Source of the DNA: Rotaria sordida
Lineage: Eukaryota
Length of the DNA: 62,152 bases
Assembly: GCA_905250005.1 (NCBI GenBank)
Contig: CAJNOH010000088.1
Span: 1-62,152 of the forward strand
Direction of reading: 5' to 3'
Positions 1-13,792 of this stretch are shown piece after piece. A program made the translations under genes and the position numbers. Under the pieces are notes generated by a model, which was not told the origin of the DNA, searched no databases, and worked only from the letters and a program-made list of their open reading frames with translations. The stretch's first letter is position 1. Every line of letters starts with the position of its first letter.

Positions 1-734
1 CTAAAATATAAAATTACTACTACTACTTAATGAATTAATTATTGTCCATTTAATAATATAAAATTACTCAAATAAAGCTTTTTATTGCTCAAAAATTATT
101 ACTCCAATAAAGTTTTTTTTGTTGCTCAAAAATTATTGCTAAAATCATATTTTAATTATTGCCCATTTCAGTATTTTTATTGCTCAAATAAATACTAGCC
201 GTTTTTTTTTTAATTCTGAAATAGAATTCAATCAAGATTAATCAATTGTTAAGATTCTTGTTTCTTCGTTTTTTTTATGATATATTATTTGAAAAGAAAT
301 CGGTTTTTTTCCGTTCCATTATATGCATGAATGAAGACAAGAAAATGAATTATAATTTAGGCTTGCTCGTATACATTCTATCATTGTCTTCGAATACAAT
401 TGAGAGATAATGATCTTAAGGCATAAATGTGTTAGGTCCCTATGGACTACGTTTCATTTTTGGATAGCTGATAGCAAAATAAAACACTAGCATTTCACTT
501 TTGTTTTTTATTCAATTATATTTTGTTTTTCCTTTTCTTTCTTTTATTATTATTATTATTATTTAAGATTTAATATTCTCAACGACACACAGGCTAATAT
601 CTTCGTCTTGTTATTCGACGGAGTATCACACCAGTGAATTCATTGAATAAAATATAGATAGAACAAAACTTATGAAAAAAAAGAAAAGGTCTTGTCTTTT
701 TTGGTCTTTTTTATATTGTTCTTAGGACGATCTA

Positions 735-1033
735 GTGCTTTTCTTGTTGTTGAAATTGACTGTGTGCTGAATCAGCCATATCGTTATTGTTCATTGCTGG
801 TTCATTTAAAGATCGTTTCCAAAATTTACGATGTGGTGCACGTTTCCAAAATCGTGATTTAGCTGCTCGTGCTTTAAGAAGATGAGCTGGATAATAACTA
901 TCAAAGTAATTCCAATCAGCAGCAGCAGCAGCAGCTGCATCTTCATCGTTATCGATTAATGAGCTTGATGAAACAGCAATACCGATTAAAACAATAAATA
1001 AACATAAAATAGCATTGATCGATATCATACGCA
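735..1033 (-). CDS. small secreted peptide precursor, about 99 aa, with a signal peptide and dibasic KR sites; possibly a neuropeptide precursor
   Basis: Part of minus-strand ORF 732..1307, taken from the internal Met at 1033. It begins MRMISINAILCLFIVLIGIAVSSSS, a hydrophobic signal-peptide-like N-terminus. An acidic Ala-rich spacer follows, then ...AKSRFWKR APHRKFWKR SLNEP... This gives two KR-flanked segments that both end in [RK]FW. An A/T-rich TATA-like stretch lies just upstream at about 1060..1085. I recognise no homolog. Confidence 0.35.
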
Positions 1034-4000
1034 TGATTACTATATTATATTGAAATAAGAATTTAAATATAAAAATAAAATGAATATATGTATACCTGAT
1101 GATTTCAAGAAAGATATTGATGTATATGAAAAGTTTAGATAATCGAATGCTAAAAGAGACTGCGAATGATGATGGAAAAAGCAAAAGGAAGACTTCGATA
1201 GAAGTGTTGCTCGGCTTTTTTTTTTTATTCTCCGTAACTAATGGACTCTGAATTTTCTTTCTTTCTTTTGCATTTCTCTCTTCTTTGTTCGACGGTTTTT
1301 TTATCATTTGTCTCTCCGATCACGTATTTTGAAAAGGATCTTCCTGGCTTTTCTACTTAGTGAATAGCAAACACATATCTTTGCTTCTATATATTTACTT
1401 ATTATTTGATTTTGCTTCATCAATCACTATAATTCATTATTCAATTATACTAATGTGTTTAAATCATTTTCCTTTCAACACGAATATTGATTTCTAATCT
1501 GCTAAAGCTAATACAATTAGTTTTTGTTCAAAATATATTTTTTTTGTTTTGATCAATTTCCTGTTTGATAATATTAATCATATATTGATCGTGCATGGAA
1601 ACATATATATATAACGGTATGCATAACACGTACGTTTCATATATGATCTCTATGAATTTATTATTGACTATTATTAAAATAAGCTAATAAGACCGAAAAA
1701 TAAAATAAGAAGGTAAAGGAAGAGAAAATCGAGAACTGAAGAGCATTAACTATTTGACATCAAACGATATTTAAAAAATCGGGTAACTTTCTTTTCCGAT
1801 CTTGTCAATAAAAAGAAAACACATGAAAGAACCTATTGACATACTATCTTAACGTTCATTTTAATACATTAGAATATTCAAAAAAACAAAAGGAAAATAC
1901 AGAAGTACTTTATATTATTAAGTAGATCATTGATATTCTTTTTTTTTCTCATCTCTTTGAAATACGTTTGTCGGAATGTATCGATCTATAGATTTAATTA
2001 TATTCAATAGTTATTTTTAGTTCGAAACAATTGCACTTTTTGGAAATGAACCGAACCAATATATAATCTGTATTCAAAAAGTTAGTCATCAAATAGATAA
2101 GCGTATTACTGAAGATAAGAATTGATTTTATTTATAACAATTTAGATACAAGCTAAAAGCTTTTTTTTTATAACACTCATTTAAGAAGACAATATAAACA
2201 AAAAAAAGACATTTGATCAAGAGTTTAACGGAAACGAATTACGTCGAATTAGTACTTGCCAAAAAATCTTGAAGAAGATTTTATCAGTTCAAGACATCAA
2301 CAATAAGGATTTCAATATAAATGTAATTCTAATACATGTTGATGAATAAGCTAAAGATTCGAACTGAAATTTAATTAATTATTCTTTTAATTTATTTTTA
2401 TTTTTAGTAAATAAATAAATAAAGTTCAAAATAATTAATTACTTAATTCAACTTCTCTTCCTATGTCATATCTTTTTTTTTCTATTTATAACCATGACAT
2501 TATACCCATAAGTGACAAAATATAATATTATTTTCTCATTTGACTTCTTTTTGCATAAGATGAAAATTTTGTCAGTAAGATATTAGTTCTATTAGTTTTT
2601 TAACTAAGAAATCTTTCATTTGATTTATAAAATTTAATAAATATTTAAATACATTATGTGAGTCAAATAGTTCATAAATATGTATTGATAAAAGTCAATA
2701 GCTTATTATAAATAGATTAAAAATTATTTTCAAAGTTTATTCAATAGAATTTCTAATCGATCGTTTGTCTCATTATTATCAATTACTTTCAATATTTCTA
2801 ATAAATGCCATTTTGCTTTATTAACAATTGATGTCTATTATGTTTTTTTATTCTACTATTGTATATCATTCTTCAAGTACAAAAAAAAACCTATTGACTA
2901 ACTACTAAAAATATCATTAGTAATGATCTATTTGAATGTACATCGAAAATTCGAATTAATTCTATTGTTTTTAAATAGTTTTAATAAAAGATTAGAAAAT
3001 GTCTCATTCCATTCAATTTTTGTTATAGGATTAAATAATAAACACGATCTCTTCCTCTCTCTTTGTTTGTTGATGACTAATAGTCGTTATTAGGTTGTGT
3101 ATCTCATGACATTGTTCCTAATGATCACAATTACTTAAACAAATTTGATATAGATTAGATTTTCGTTTAGCTTTTTTTTAATAAAATCTTATAGTTGGTA
3201 TACACAAATTAACTGACCATTCCATACGTTTTATGTTCAAAATAGAGATGAAATCGATACTGGTTGCAGGCCAGTCGTTACCGGTGTGTCTTATTAATTT
3301 TTTTGCTATTAAGATCTCATAGAGGATGTGTAAATGAAACTTTATTGAAAGTTGACTATGTCAAATATCATTATACACAGATGGAATTGTAAGATAACTC
3401 GTCAGAACAGTGTCGGTATGCATTTTAGACAGATCAGTCAGTCCAGTTTGGCCTACTTAAAACAGTACCGATCATGAAAAATCCAGACCAGTTTCATTTC
3501 TAGTTCAATACAGAGTTCTTCATATTCTGTCAGCTCTAAATGATATATTCAAATGTTTTACAGCAACGGTTTAAAATATACGAACTGAAATCATTATGCA
3601 AAATTCGATTTACTGTTGATAGAATACAGAGCACGCATTTGAAAAGGAATATTTTATTATTGAATTTGTATAGTTGTTTCATGATTATCAAAATGATTTG
3701 TGAATGAAAAAAACGTAGAATAAATTTAAGGAAGATATCAAGCATTTATTTTATTCTTCATCATCGTTTTGAATCTTTCAATGAAATAATACTAGAATCA
3801 ATGCTTTAGCAGCCAATTGATTTATTATTTTATTTTGTTCCGACAAACATCAATATTGTTAAAACAACATTTGCTCTCATGACATTGAGGGAGGTGAGGG
3901 TGAAGCAAAGGAGAATGTGAGGTTTACAACTATATTTATAATCTAATTTCAGTATACTTCGCATTGGTATTTAATGGCTACCAGTTCTCATACAATACTG

Positions 4001-4944
4001 TTGAAGAGAAAATGTCTCGGATACAGCTGTCATGGATGTTTTGTTCAAAACCAATATATATCCTATGATCGATACAAGCTATTAACAAGTCATGCTCTTT
4101 TTCTTTCTTTAGTTTCGATTGATTCAGCTTGTATGTCGTGTTTTAATGCTTGCGTTTCGTCATGTAAAGTATAGATAAGAAAGCATGTCTCAAGATAATG
4201 AACATTAGGAAGATGCATGAGTATAGCGAATTTAATAAAAGCTTTTAACGAATGGGCATGTTCAATGATTATTTAGATTATTAAATAATAATTGAAGTAA
4301 ATCAACAATATAAAGATCAAATTAAATATTCGATGAAATCTGTGTAACTAAAACCTTTTGTATTTCAAGAGCATCTTTTAACAAATATTCGATGACATAA
4401 TAATCATAAACTAAATGTGAAAATAGAATTATGAATTGTCATCTTACGACATAGATTAATAGTTTCATCTACTCTGTAGATTTCACTATTAGGTAATGAT
4501 AAAATTTGTCGTAATTTATTCAATATTGGCGGATGATTATGCAACCATTTTAATGGTTTACATTAATCCAGTTTCGCTTAAACTTGTATGCATATTTTGA
4601 ATGCATTTTTTTACTATTTATTATTGGATATTTATTAGTAACTGGTTTATTAAATAACGAATGAAGTGTTGTACCGAGACGAATTACATTGAATTGTCAG
4701 TCAACATGAAGAGTTTAAAAAAATAGAAAAATCTAATGCGTTGATTCAATTTTGTCGTTATCATTCATTGATCTGCTGTAATCAACCAGAAAGTCAGATT
4801 CATTATCAATTCTATGTTGACCATTTTCATAATTAGCAATATCCGATAAAAACCTATCGATAATAGTAGTTCGAAATTCAATAACTAAAAATATGTATCA
4901 TATATATGAGAAATGTATCAATTATATTGTCTCGATTTATTGAT

Positions 4945-5535
4945 ATACCGGGTGTCCCAAAAGTCCCTCCTTCCACTTAAATTTTTCTTATATCTTTGCT
5001 ATTTAATTTTACTTTATCAACTATCGTTTTTCTACATGATAGGTAGATACACCGAGTTTTTATTTATAAAGATAAGCTTCAGAAGTACTGCTCAAAGCTA
5101 AGACTTAGAATCGAGATACAAAATGTAGCTTATTTTCTATTCCCAGAAAAACATTACACAAAATTTCTTTTTTAGTCACTTCGCGTTATTAAGTGGTTCA
5201 GATATTTGAGTTCTTCAATTTTTAACGAGTCTTTTTTTCATAGAATTTTACTTTGGTATGTCTTCATATAAACGAATTGGATCTTGTCACGCCAATATTC
5301 CATCAATTAGAACAGATATCATGCATAAGTTTTTCTGGGAATAGAAAATAGGCTACATTTTTGTATTTCGATTCTAAGTCTTAGCATTGAGCAGTACGTC
5401 TGAAGTTTGTCTTTATAAATAAAAACTCGCTGTATCTTTCTATCATTTAGAAAAACAATAGTTGATAAAGTGAAATTAAATAGTAAAGATCTACAAAAAC
5501 TTTAAGTAGAAGGAACTTTTGGGACACTCGGTATA
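4945..5535. mobile_element. foldback/MITE-like element with about 200-bp terminal inverted repeats and a 175-bp loop
   Basis: Reverse-complementing 4945..5155 (tataccgggtgtcccaaaagtccctccttccacttaaa...) gives a close match to 5330..5535 (...tttaagtagaaggaacttttgggacactcggtata). A (TA)n run sits at the right end. Track ORF 4913..5101 is just an arm of this element. Confidence 0.75.
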
Positions 5536-6051
5536 TATATATATATGATCCTTGTACTATATAATTTAGTTCATTATTTCTTATATGAGAATTATAATGA
5601 GATGCAATGGTTGTTGGAATAATAAATCGTATAGTATTTACTTTTGAGCTAATCCAAGTTCAAGTATCAAATTAAATTCTATTTGACTTTGACTATTTGG
5701 TTCAAGACTAAATTTTTTTAATGTAAAATTAAAATTGAAATATTGAAAATAAAAACATTTTTCTGACACGCTAAGCTGTATTCTAAGTATATCTCTTATT
5801 TTATCAATTTATTCGAACAAATTAGTTCGATAATCTTGATTTATTGCTTGTTGATATTGTTATCGAATTTAAGGTCTTTTATAACTCAACATCAGTTTCA
5901 TGTTCAATATTAATACGAACAATAAATAAATAGTTGCATTTCATTAAATTAGAAAATCAAATCAAAGAAATAGTTTTGTTTCATGGATATAAAAAAGACA
6001 ATACATACTGAGTAAAGATGTGCGGGATCCAAATTTAAAGGCTTGTTGGGA

Positions 6052-6240
6052 TCAGGACAAGGAGAGAATGCCGAGATCAGGACCATGAGAAAGAGAAGTT
6101 GTCGATATCAAGACCGGAACCACGGGAAAGAGAAATTGTCAAGACTAGGATCACGAGAAAGAAAAGCTGCTGAGACTAGAACCGGAACCATGGGAAAGAG
6201 AATTTGCTGCGGCCGAGGCCGAAACAATGAGAAAAAAAAT
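6052..6240. repeat. minisatellite, about 5 imperfect copies of a roughly 36-bp unit
   Basis: The unit is GAYCRGGA(A)CCAYGRGAAAGAGAARTTGYC..., repeated head to tail, and it is GC-richer than its surroundings. It creates the spurious ORF 6043..6294. Confidence 0.7.
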
Positions 6241-8513
6241 TTGTCACCACCAGAACTCAAATTTATAGTAAAGTATCCTATGGTTTATAAGTGAATTATC
6301 TCATAAATCATATCAATCAGAACATAATTTCAAAGAGATGACCCAAATAAGTGCTGATCGTCGACTACATAAATAAAAAGAGAATGAGTATTGAAGGATG
6401 GTTTTAGATGTGATGTCAATAAATTCTAGAATAGTTTTCTCTAGATCGGAAGCGAAACCCAAAAAACCTTCTTCCGGGATATATCTATTACTGGTATATT
6501 AATTCAATATTATTTGGATTGGTATGACAAAATATATGTTTCAATGAAACAACAGTTGAAAAATATTTGTTGGTTATATTGTGAAGCATTCTAAAAATTG
6601 ATTTTTTTAATCGAATAGAACAAATTTTTATAGTGATAAAAATTAGTGCTGGATTATATTCAAACCTTCCTAAATACATGACACATTTACAAATACATGA
6701 TTCATTTTTGAATTATATAAAACAAGAACTTTATATGAAATTAAATTATCTTTATTACTATATGATAAATGAATGTAGTTATAGTTGATTGTCAGTAATG
6801 GATTCACATTAGAGAAATCATCTTTCCTTGTTAACTTCATCATGAAACAAATAAATTTTTGTTAATGTTCTTGATTTCATGTCAAATTTTTATCTATTCA
6901 TTGATTTGTAAAACAAGAAGAGAAGTCATATTGCTAATATTCACAGATGAAAGCATTCTATCTTTACTTTTGTTAATCAAGAAAAGAAATAGTCATTTTA
7001 ATGTTTCATAAGTTTTATTGATCGTGCATATAAGAAATGTTGAAATATTGATACCCTATTGTCTTTCTATTGTATCCATCACTATTAATTTCCATTATTT
7101 TAATGAGTTTTTTAAGTCGCTTTTGTTCGACTACTTTAAAGAAAATGTTTAATAAAACTCATATCTACTTATAAAATAGCATATTATTAAAAGTTTTTTT
7201 GATGGTCACTTATTTATATTTTGAGACGCCTGCAAGGTATATTTTGACAATATATGATATAACAATTCAATAATATCAAAATTGCAATTAGATATCAATA
7301 AAAAAAAAGAGAGAGTCCTTGTACACATAATTTTAAGTTTTACTATAAAATAGACGAATATTCTTATCCAAAATGTGCCTTTTTTTAAGTATTTCTTTAC
7401 ATAATAGTTTTCTATCTTTAAAACCAAAGCTTCGAATATAAGAACAATAATTAATATTCATACAAATGAATAGAGAATATTATTTTCTCGTTTCAAAATT
7501 AAGTTTTTTTTTTTTTTTTTTTGTTTGTCTTTGTTCATAAAACTAAACCTAAACGATGATTGTATCAATGCTAAACTTTGAATGCTAATGTTTATTTTTC
7601 TTATCAAAATAGAAAAAACAAATATTTTTTTTCCACTTGAGTTAATCAAATATTCAAATTTACTAAATTCTAATTCAATGTTCTAGTAAATCTGAATAAT
7701 TTCTTTTTCTTTTTTTGTTTCTTAAAAAGCAAAAACAACAACTGCATGGACACAAATCAAACAATGTATTTTAAGAAAAAAAAAAAGAAAACCGATCAAA
7801 CAAATAAAAATATTCTAGAAGATTTACTTCATTAATAATTCTATTGCATGTCAAAGAGAAAAGAGTTATTTTAAATTAATGACAATGCATTATTGAGTAT
7901 AGAAGTTAGTTAAATTGCTAGGTTTTTTTAATACCCATTTTGATTTGCTTTTATATAATTAAAATTAATTTTAATTTTGATCTTATTATTATTATTATTA
8001 TTGTTATTGTTGTTATTTCTCCGTCTGTCTTTGTCTTCAAAAACTGAACAGTACTCCAGCAGTAATGAGCGCAGAAAGCAAATGCAAAAGAAACAAAGAA
8101 GAAAAAAAACGAGACAATGACAGTGACGAAAAAAAAAATGAGAAGAAAAGAATGAATAGCAAATAAAAATGGAAAGAAGAAAAAAAAATCTCACATTCAC
8201 TCACAAATACACAATTTTTTTTTATTTATGATGATAGAACAATAAAAACACCTTAGCTTGTTTGAAGATTCGATCAGTTTTTTTTTTCTATTGACTTTTT
8301 CCATTGTCAAGGAAAAAAAAAGAAAATCTCTTACTCTCTCTTTCTCTTTCTTTTGCTATGCCTCATGCACATACACCGGGGTATCTGCTCGTAGCCTGTT
8401 TTTTCAAATTGAGAAAAAGAAAATTATTGATGGAATTTCAAGAGAAAAAAACTTGAGGAATGAATGCTAAATATCACAAGAAAGAGAATGAGAGAGAGAG
8501 AGAGAGAATCAAA

Positions 8514-10133
8514 TTAAACAGCAAACATTTGTGGTACATATAAATCCGAATCATTTAAAGATGTCGATAGGTCATCAAGACCAACGAGACCATTATTGCT
8601 ACTACCACCATTTATAGATGATGATGGATCTCCTGTTGTTCCAGAAGAATCACCATTACCATTCGGTGCATACATAGTTGCATAAAGACAACGCTAAAAT
8701 TTTATTTAAAAAAAAATTGTTGGTTTATTGACACAATATAAACAAGAAAAAAAAAGAATAATTTCTTACTTTTTTTGCTTCATTCTCCATAGCTTCATAT
8801 GGATCTGTATACAGATCACAATGTAAATCATTATGATTAGGTAAAAGTCCACCAAGATTAACGTTTGGATTTGAATTACCACCACCGGTTGCATATAAAT
8901 GATGTAAATCTAAATGTCCATGATGTAAATGATGAAGTTCACTATGTGATATTGGTAATGGTTGAGCTAATGAATGATGCTGTGGTTGTTGTTGTTGTTG
9001 TAAAAGATGATGATTAACATTCATTTGCTGTTGTTGTTGTTGCTGAGAAGGATCTGAATAGGGCAATTCAATAAGTCCATTTTTACCTTTATTCGTTGTT
9101 ACTAATGTACGTCGTACAATGGGTCGTAATTTATACAAAGGTGGTTCAGGTGTATTAGCCGTGATACATTTTGGACATAACCATGTTTCCGGTATATCAT
9201 CACTAAATACACCTTCACTTGTAGACGAATCTGGATGAGCAGTCTAGAACAAAAAAAAAAAAGAAACGATTGGTTTTTTTTTATTATATAAATGAAAAAG
9301 GTACAAACTACATGAAAACAAGGTAAATGATGTATTTCCATACAACGTTCACATTCATAAAGAATTTCTTCTGGTTTAAGTTGTGATAATTTTCTTGAAC
9401 CTTTCTTTTTTGAACAAACTTGACATGAAGCTGTTGATGGTAATATTGGTGCGATACATTGTTTTGTTAAACAACATTGTTTCATTTTTCCAACACCACC
9501 AAATTTTGGCATATCTTTACAATGTACACATTCAGAACAATCATCACGACAACATGGTTCACATTGTTTACATCTATTTGAAAGGTTTTTTTTTCATATA
9601 GAAAAAATTTAAATAAAAAAAGAAAATAAAAATGAATCTTACCGAACACGTTTATGTCGATCTTTTGCAGTAGTTGTTTTATCTGTATTAGCTTGATAGT
9701 GTTGTTGTGTCGGTGGTGTCGGTGATGCTGTTGTACTATATTGATTGTTTCCATTTGTATGATGATAATTTGTAACATAATGTTGTTGCTGTTGTGCAAC
9801 ATAATAATTTGCCAAGTTTGATTGTGTTTGTTGTTGTTGTTGAGATGAATTTGAACCAGCTAATGGTCCACTTAAAAGTATAGTAGCCGATGGATGTAGT
9901 GTAACAACGTTTGTAGTTGTTTGTTGTTGCATTGGTAGTGTATCATATTGATGATGATGAGGATGAGGTGGAGGAGGATGTGATGATTGTTGTTGAGTAT
10001 GAGGATGATGAAGATGATGGAATGACGAATGATGTTGTTGTTGCATATCGTCACTACTTGTACTGCTCTTACGTTTTATGCCTCGTAAAGTCTCCGTTAT
10101 TATTGTTCGGTCGTTCTGAAACATATGATACAT
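8514..10133 (-). CDS. CXXC-type zinc-finger protein with a Q/H/P-rich low-complexity N-terminus (4 exons, about 468 aa)
   Basis: Minus-strand exons are 10133..9643, 9573..9312, 9243..8770 and 8693..8514, with donors GTAAGA, GTAGTT (weak) and GTAAGA. Exon 2 encodes CKQCEPCCRDDCSECVHCKDMPKFGGVGKMKQCCLTKQC, which is the CXXC CpG-binding zinc-finger signature (C-x2-C-x2-C ... KFGG ... C-x2-C-x-C). Exon 1 is polyQ/His/Pro rich. Exon 3 contains TWLCPKC and a second polyQ/His stretch. The stop TAA is at 8516..8514. The exon 2 donor assignment is the least certain part. Confidence 0.7.
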
Positions 10134-11239
10134 CTTATGTCACAAACTACAACCAACAACTAGTATGATACGTGCGTACACAAGTCGAGTCAACATGACT
10201 TTTGTAATAGTTTATTTAGAGCTCCGACTCTATGTACATGTGTCGTCTTTATCTTAATGAACCTGTTGTCTCTGTCTATGTCTATTGTCTTAGCTTACTT
10301 GACTGTGATTTGTATCGATAGATAGTTGTTGATTATAGTTGTAATGAATTATCGTTTGACCAGTTATTGTTAATAAATGATCGTTTGATACATGATCAAT
10401 AAGAAAATGCTAAAAAGATAATACATTAAAGATTGCATCATATTTGCTTTGATACAAGGTTAAAAAAAAGAAGAATGTGAGGTCAAATGACCAAAAATGT
10501 ATGCGTGTATTTATGGACAAACATAAGATTTTTTTTCGTGTAAATATCTTCTCATAGTGTATGTAGACATTCTCATACTTTTTTTTCCTTTTTGCAATAA
10601 GATACTCATTCTTTTTTTGATCAGGTTTCTTTCAAAATTACTTAAATAGTACAAAAACACAAGTTAATCACATCTTTGTCAGGAAACCTTAAAGTGAAAA
10701 TTTTTCGTCTTGTTGATATAGAAAACTATTTTTAAAAATATACAAAAGAGTAGAGAATAACTATATATAGAAGATTTTCGATAACGGCGTACTATTGACA
10801 GAATTTATTCAATAAAAGATACTTTCTCAAGACAAACTTTTATTCTCTATATTTATCTCTAACACAAGAGCGACCTTTTCTAAAATGACATTTCCATGAA
10901 AACTTATTCGTATTGTTATATCTCAAGAATCAATTATCAAAATTGATAGTATTCAAAAGATAAATGAAGAGAAAAAAAGAAAGCTCTTTCTGTTTAATTT
11001 ACCTCCATTGTATTCGAAAGTTGTTGTATCTGTACAAGATCTTCCGGGATCGATTTGTCTTTCAATTTGCGTCAAAGTGTACATAGTATTTATAATATAT
11101 CTAGTTTAAATTGTGTCAAACTTTGATAATATTGTATTGTTGCTGTTGCTCACTGTCTTTATTAGTATTGTTGTTGTTCACTACCAGCAATCGACTTGTT
11201 CGACAAGGTTTCAGATCTAAAGACAGAGCAATCGGACGC

Positions 11240-11248
11240 GCGCAACAT

Positions 11249-11279
<31 letters not shown>
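11240..11279. repeat. (GA)n microsatellite
   Basis: agagagagagagagagagagagagaa seen directly. Nearby simple repeats are (TA)n at 11483..11510, (TG)n at about 11630..11650, (CT)n at 11734..11762 and (TG)n at about 11870..11890. Confidence 0.9.
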
Positions 11280-11280
<1 letters not shown>

Positions 11281-11731
11281 ACAAAGGGGCTTCCTTTTTG
11301 CTGCTCATCATTTGAACAGAATAACAATGGACCTCTCAAAGAAACGGAGAAGGAGGGTAGCAAGTAATAAGAGAGCATATTAACAAAAAGAGACACAACA
11401 TGATGTTTTTCAAGAGAGACAGAGAAGAGGACTTGATTGAGCAGCATATTTCTACCTGTATGCGTTAATCGATCGCAATTATTTATATATATATATATAT
11501 ATATATGTAAAGAAAGAGAAACAGAGAAGTTTTTTGTAGAACCAAAACTCGAGACAAGCAAAAGCAATAGTAGAAATAAATAGGAGCAACGAACAAGAAT
11601 AAGAGAGAAAAAAGAAGGGAAAACGACGAGTGTATGTGTGTGTGTGCGAACAACGAGTTTTTCCCTTTTTCGCCCCTATGCGTTCATTCATAAAAGATTT
11701 GAGTAATTTGCACACAGATTTCTTTTCTTCT

Positions 11732-11762
<31 letters not shown>

Positions 11763-13622
11763 CTTTCTTTGAATGATCAGAAGACAGCAATAGCAGAGAA
11801 AAGGGAAGGAAAATTTTGAACAAAGAATAAGACGCAAGCGCGCGTCGTGCGTAGCGAGAACATATTATTATGATTGTGTGTGTGTGATTGCACAAGCGAG
11901 AGAAAGTGATTGACGAGTGAGAACAGAGGGAGAGAAAAACGAGGACGCCGAATGATCAGGTTGTGGATGGCGGTAGTACGCATTAATTATTCTCTTCTTC
12001 TTCTTTTTTTCTTCTTTCTTTTTTAGTTTTTTTTTGTCATTTCAAACAAGAATTTGAAATTGATGGTCTTGTGTGTATATATGTGTTTCCAAGTGCAACC
12101 CATGTCCCCTCTTCAAATTCATAATGAATGTGTGTGGTTGTCCAAGAAACAGAAAGATTTCATTTATTAATTAGCAAACATAAAGTTTTCTTTCTTTTCA
12201 AGCACATAAAGAAAAAAATTAACAACAAAAATCAATGTTCTCATTTGCCTATTCTCGTTGCTTTCTTTCTTTTTCCTGGCAATGTTTGAGATTGTCAACA
12301 TGAGATATAGACCAGACAAGTCATAACGATAAAGTGTTTGTGTATTTGAGCAATGAAATGAAAATCGGATGAGATGAGAATGAAGGAGAGAAGAGAAGTT
12401 TTGTAGATCAAAATGACAGCAACAAATGAAGACTAGTAAAAAGATGATGATGATTATTGAACTTTTCTGTCTCAATCTTCTAACAAGAACATATTTTAAG
12501 AGTCAAGTCAAGTAGTCAATCAAAATACGAACTGTTTTATTTCTTTCTCATTTTCTTTTGCTACTTCTTAATATAATTCTATATCTCTATATAAATTTTA
12601 TGAAATACTTTTATAAGAGTATTTATAAGAGTTTGAAAAGAGAAAAAAAAAAAGAAGAATAAAATCATGTATATAAGAAAGATTGAAAAAAGAAGAGAAA
12701 AAAAAAGTCATGATTCGTTTCTGTTTATTGTCAAAAAACAAAATGAAACAAATGTCATATTTCGTTGTCGATTTTTTTTCGGTTGAATGGCTGGTATAAA
12801 AAGAGAATTATGTAAGGAAAGAAAAGGGAAAATTGTTCTTTCTTCTTCCTTTCTTTTCTTTTCATACAACCGAATGACAATTGTTCACAAAGTTAATCGA
12901 TACATTTTTTTTTATTTAGTCAATATAAGAAAAAAAAAAAAAGAAAAGTAAATCTTTGAAAAGCTGCTTACCGAATCTGACTCGTTCGTTAAAATACATC
13001 AATAACTCTCAAACAATCGTTTTATAAATATACATATATACATACATACATTCATATATCTTTATATCCTTCTTAACTCTAGAGAGACAAATGAGTATGA
13101 TGATGGTGTTATTATCAACATAGCAAATCGTTCAACATGCTGGTGATGATGGTGAATATTGACGACAACACGCCTTTGCGCGCTATTCATTTGTCTCCTG
13201 AGACAGTATAGAGTGCGTGCGTATGCAGGAGGCAATAACAGCAAAAAAATCATTATGATCACCATCTTCTCTCTTTTTCTCTCCTCCTTCGTTCTACACC
13301 CAAAGTGACTATTATCTGATTATCTTAAATACTTGCGCGCTTCTCAGCATGAAATACCAAGTGTTACCTCTAGAGTCTTCTTCTTCTTCTCTTGTTCAAG
13401 AACGAGCAAACGAACGAGTACGATCACAAATTGTTCTTTCTCTCTTCCATCTCATTTTCTCTATGTTTGAAATAATGAGACAAATGTTCGATTGTCGTGC
13501 TTGAATATTTTTTGCCGAAAAGGTCAGCAAATGAAACAGAGTGAATGAAAGATATAATGTCATAGTTCATGTTATACAATTGTCAATGATAACCTCAACA
13601 TTCAGATCAATATTTCGAACCG

Positions 13623-13792
13623 CGTATATATATATATATATATAGTTTTGCACACAAAACAACCTTCATTCATTCTTCTATTCTCTGTTTAATAGACAAG
13701 AGACATGGATACTTCCATGTTTGCTATCGCGCTGGAGCACACACATACAAATACATATATATATATATATAAATATATATATATAAAGAGGA
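13623..13792. repeat. two (TA)n microsatellites flanking a purine-rich block
   Basis: tatatatatatatatata at about 13623..13650 and atatatatatatataaatatatatatata at about 13756..13792. The spurious overlapping minus-strand ORFs 13678..13929 and 13689..13952 come from this low-complexity sequence. Confidence 0.85.

Noticed and set aside
732-1307. Full 191-aa minus-strand ORF
   Set aside because: The N-terminal 90 aa (KKPSNKEERNAKERKK...) is low-complexity read-through of an A/T-rich promoter region. Only the portion from the internal Met at 1033, with its signal peptide, looks like a gene.
9872-10168. ORFs 9872..10054 (-) and 9917..10168 (+), antisense or out of frame within CXXC-gene exon 1
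   Set aside because: They are generated by the CAA/CAT/GAT-rich repeat that encodes the Q/H tracts (reading DDDEDEVEED or IIINN). No independent support.
11111-12475. ORFs 11111..11383, 11217..11567, 11479..11895, 11777..11983 and 12167..12475
   Set aside because: Translations are dominated by the (GA)n, (CT)n, (TA)n and (TG)n microsatellites (RERERER, SLSLSL, YIYIYI and HTHTHT peptides). Not coding.
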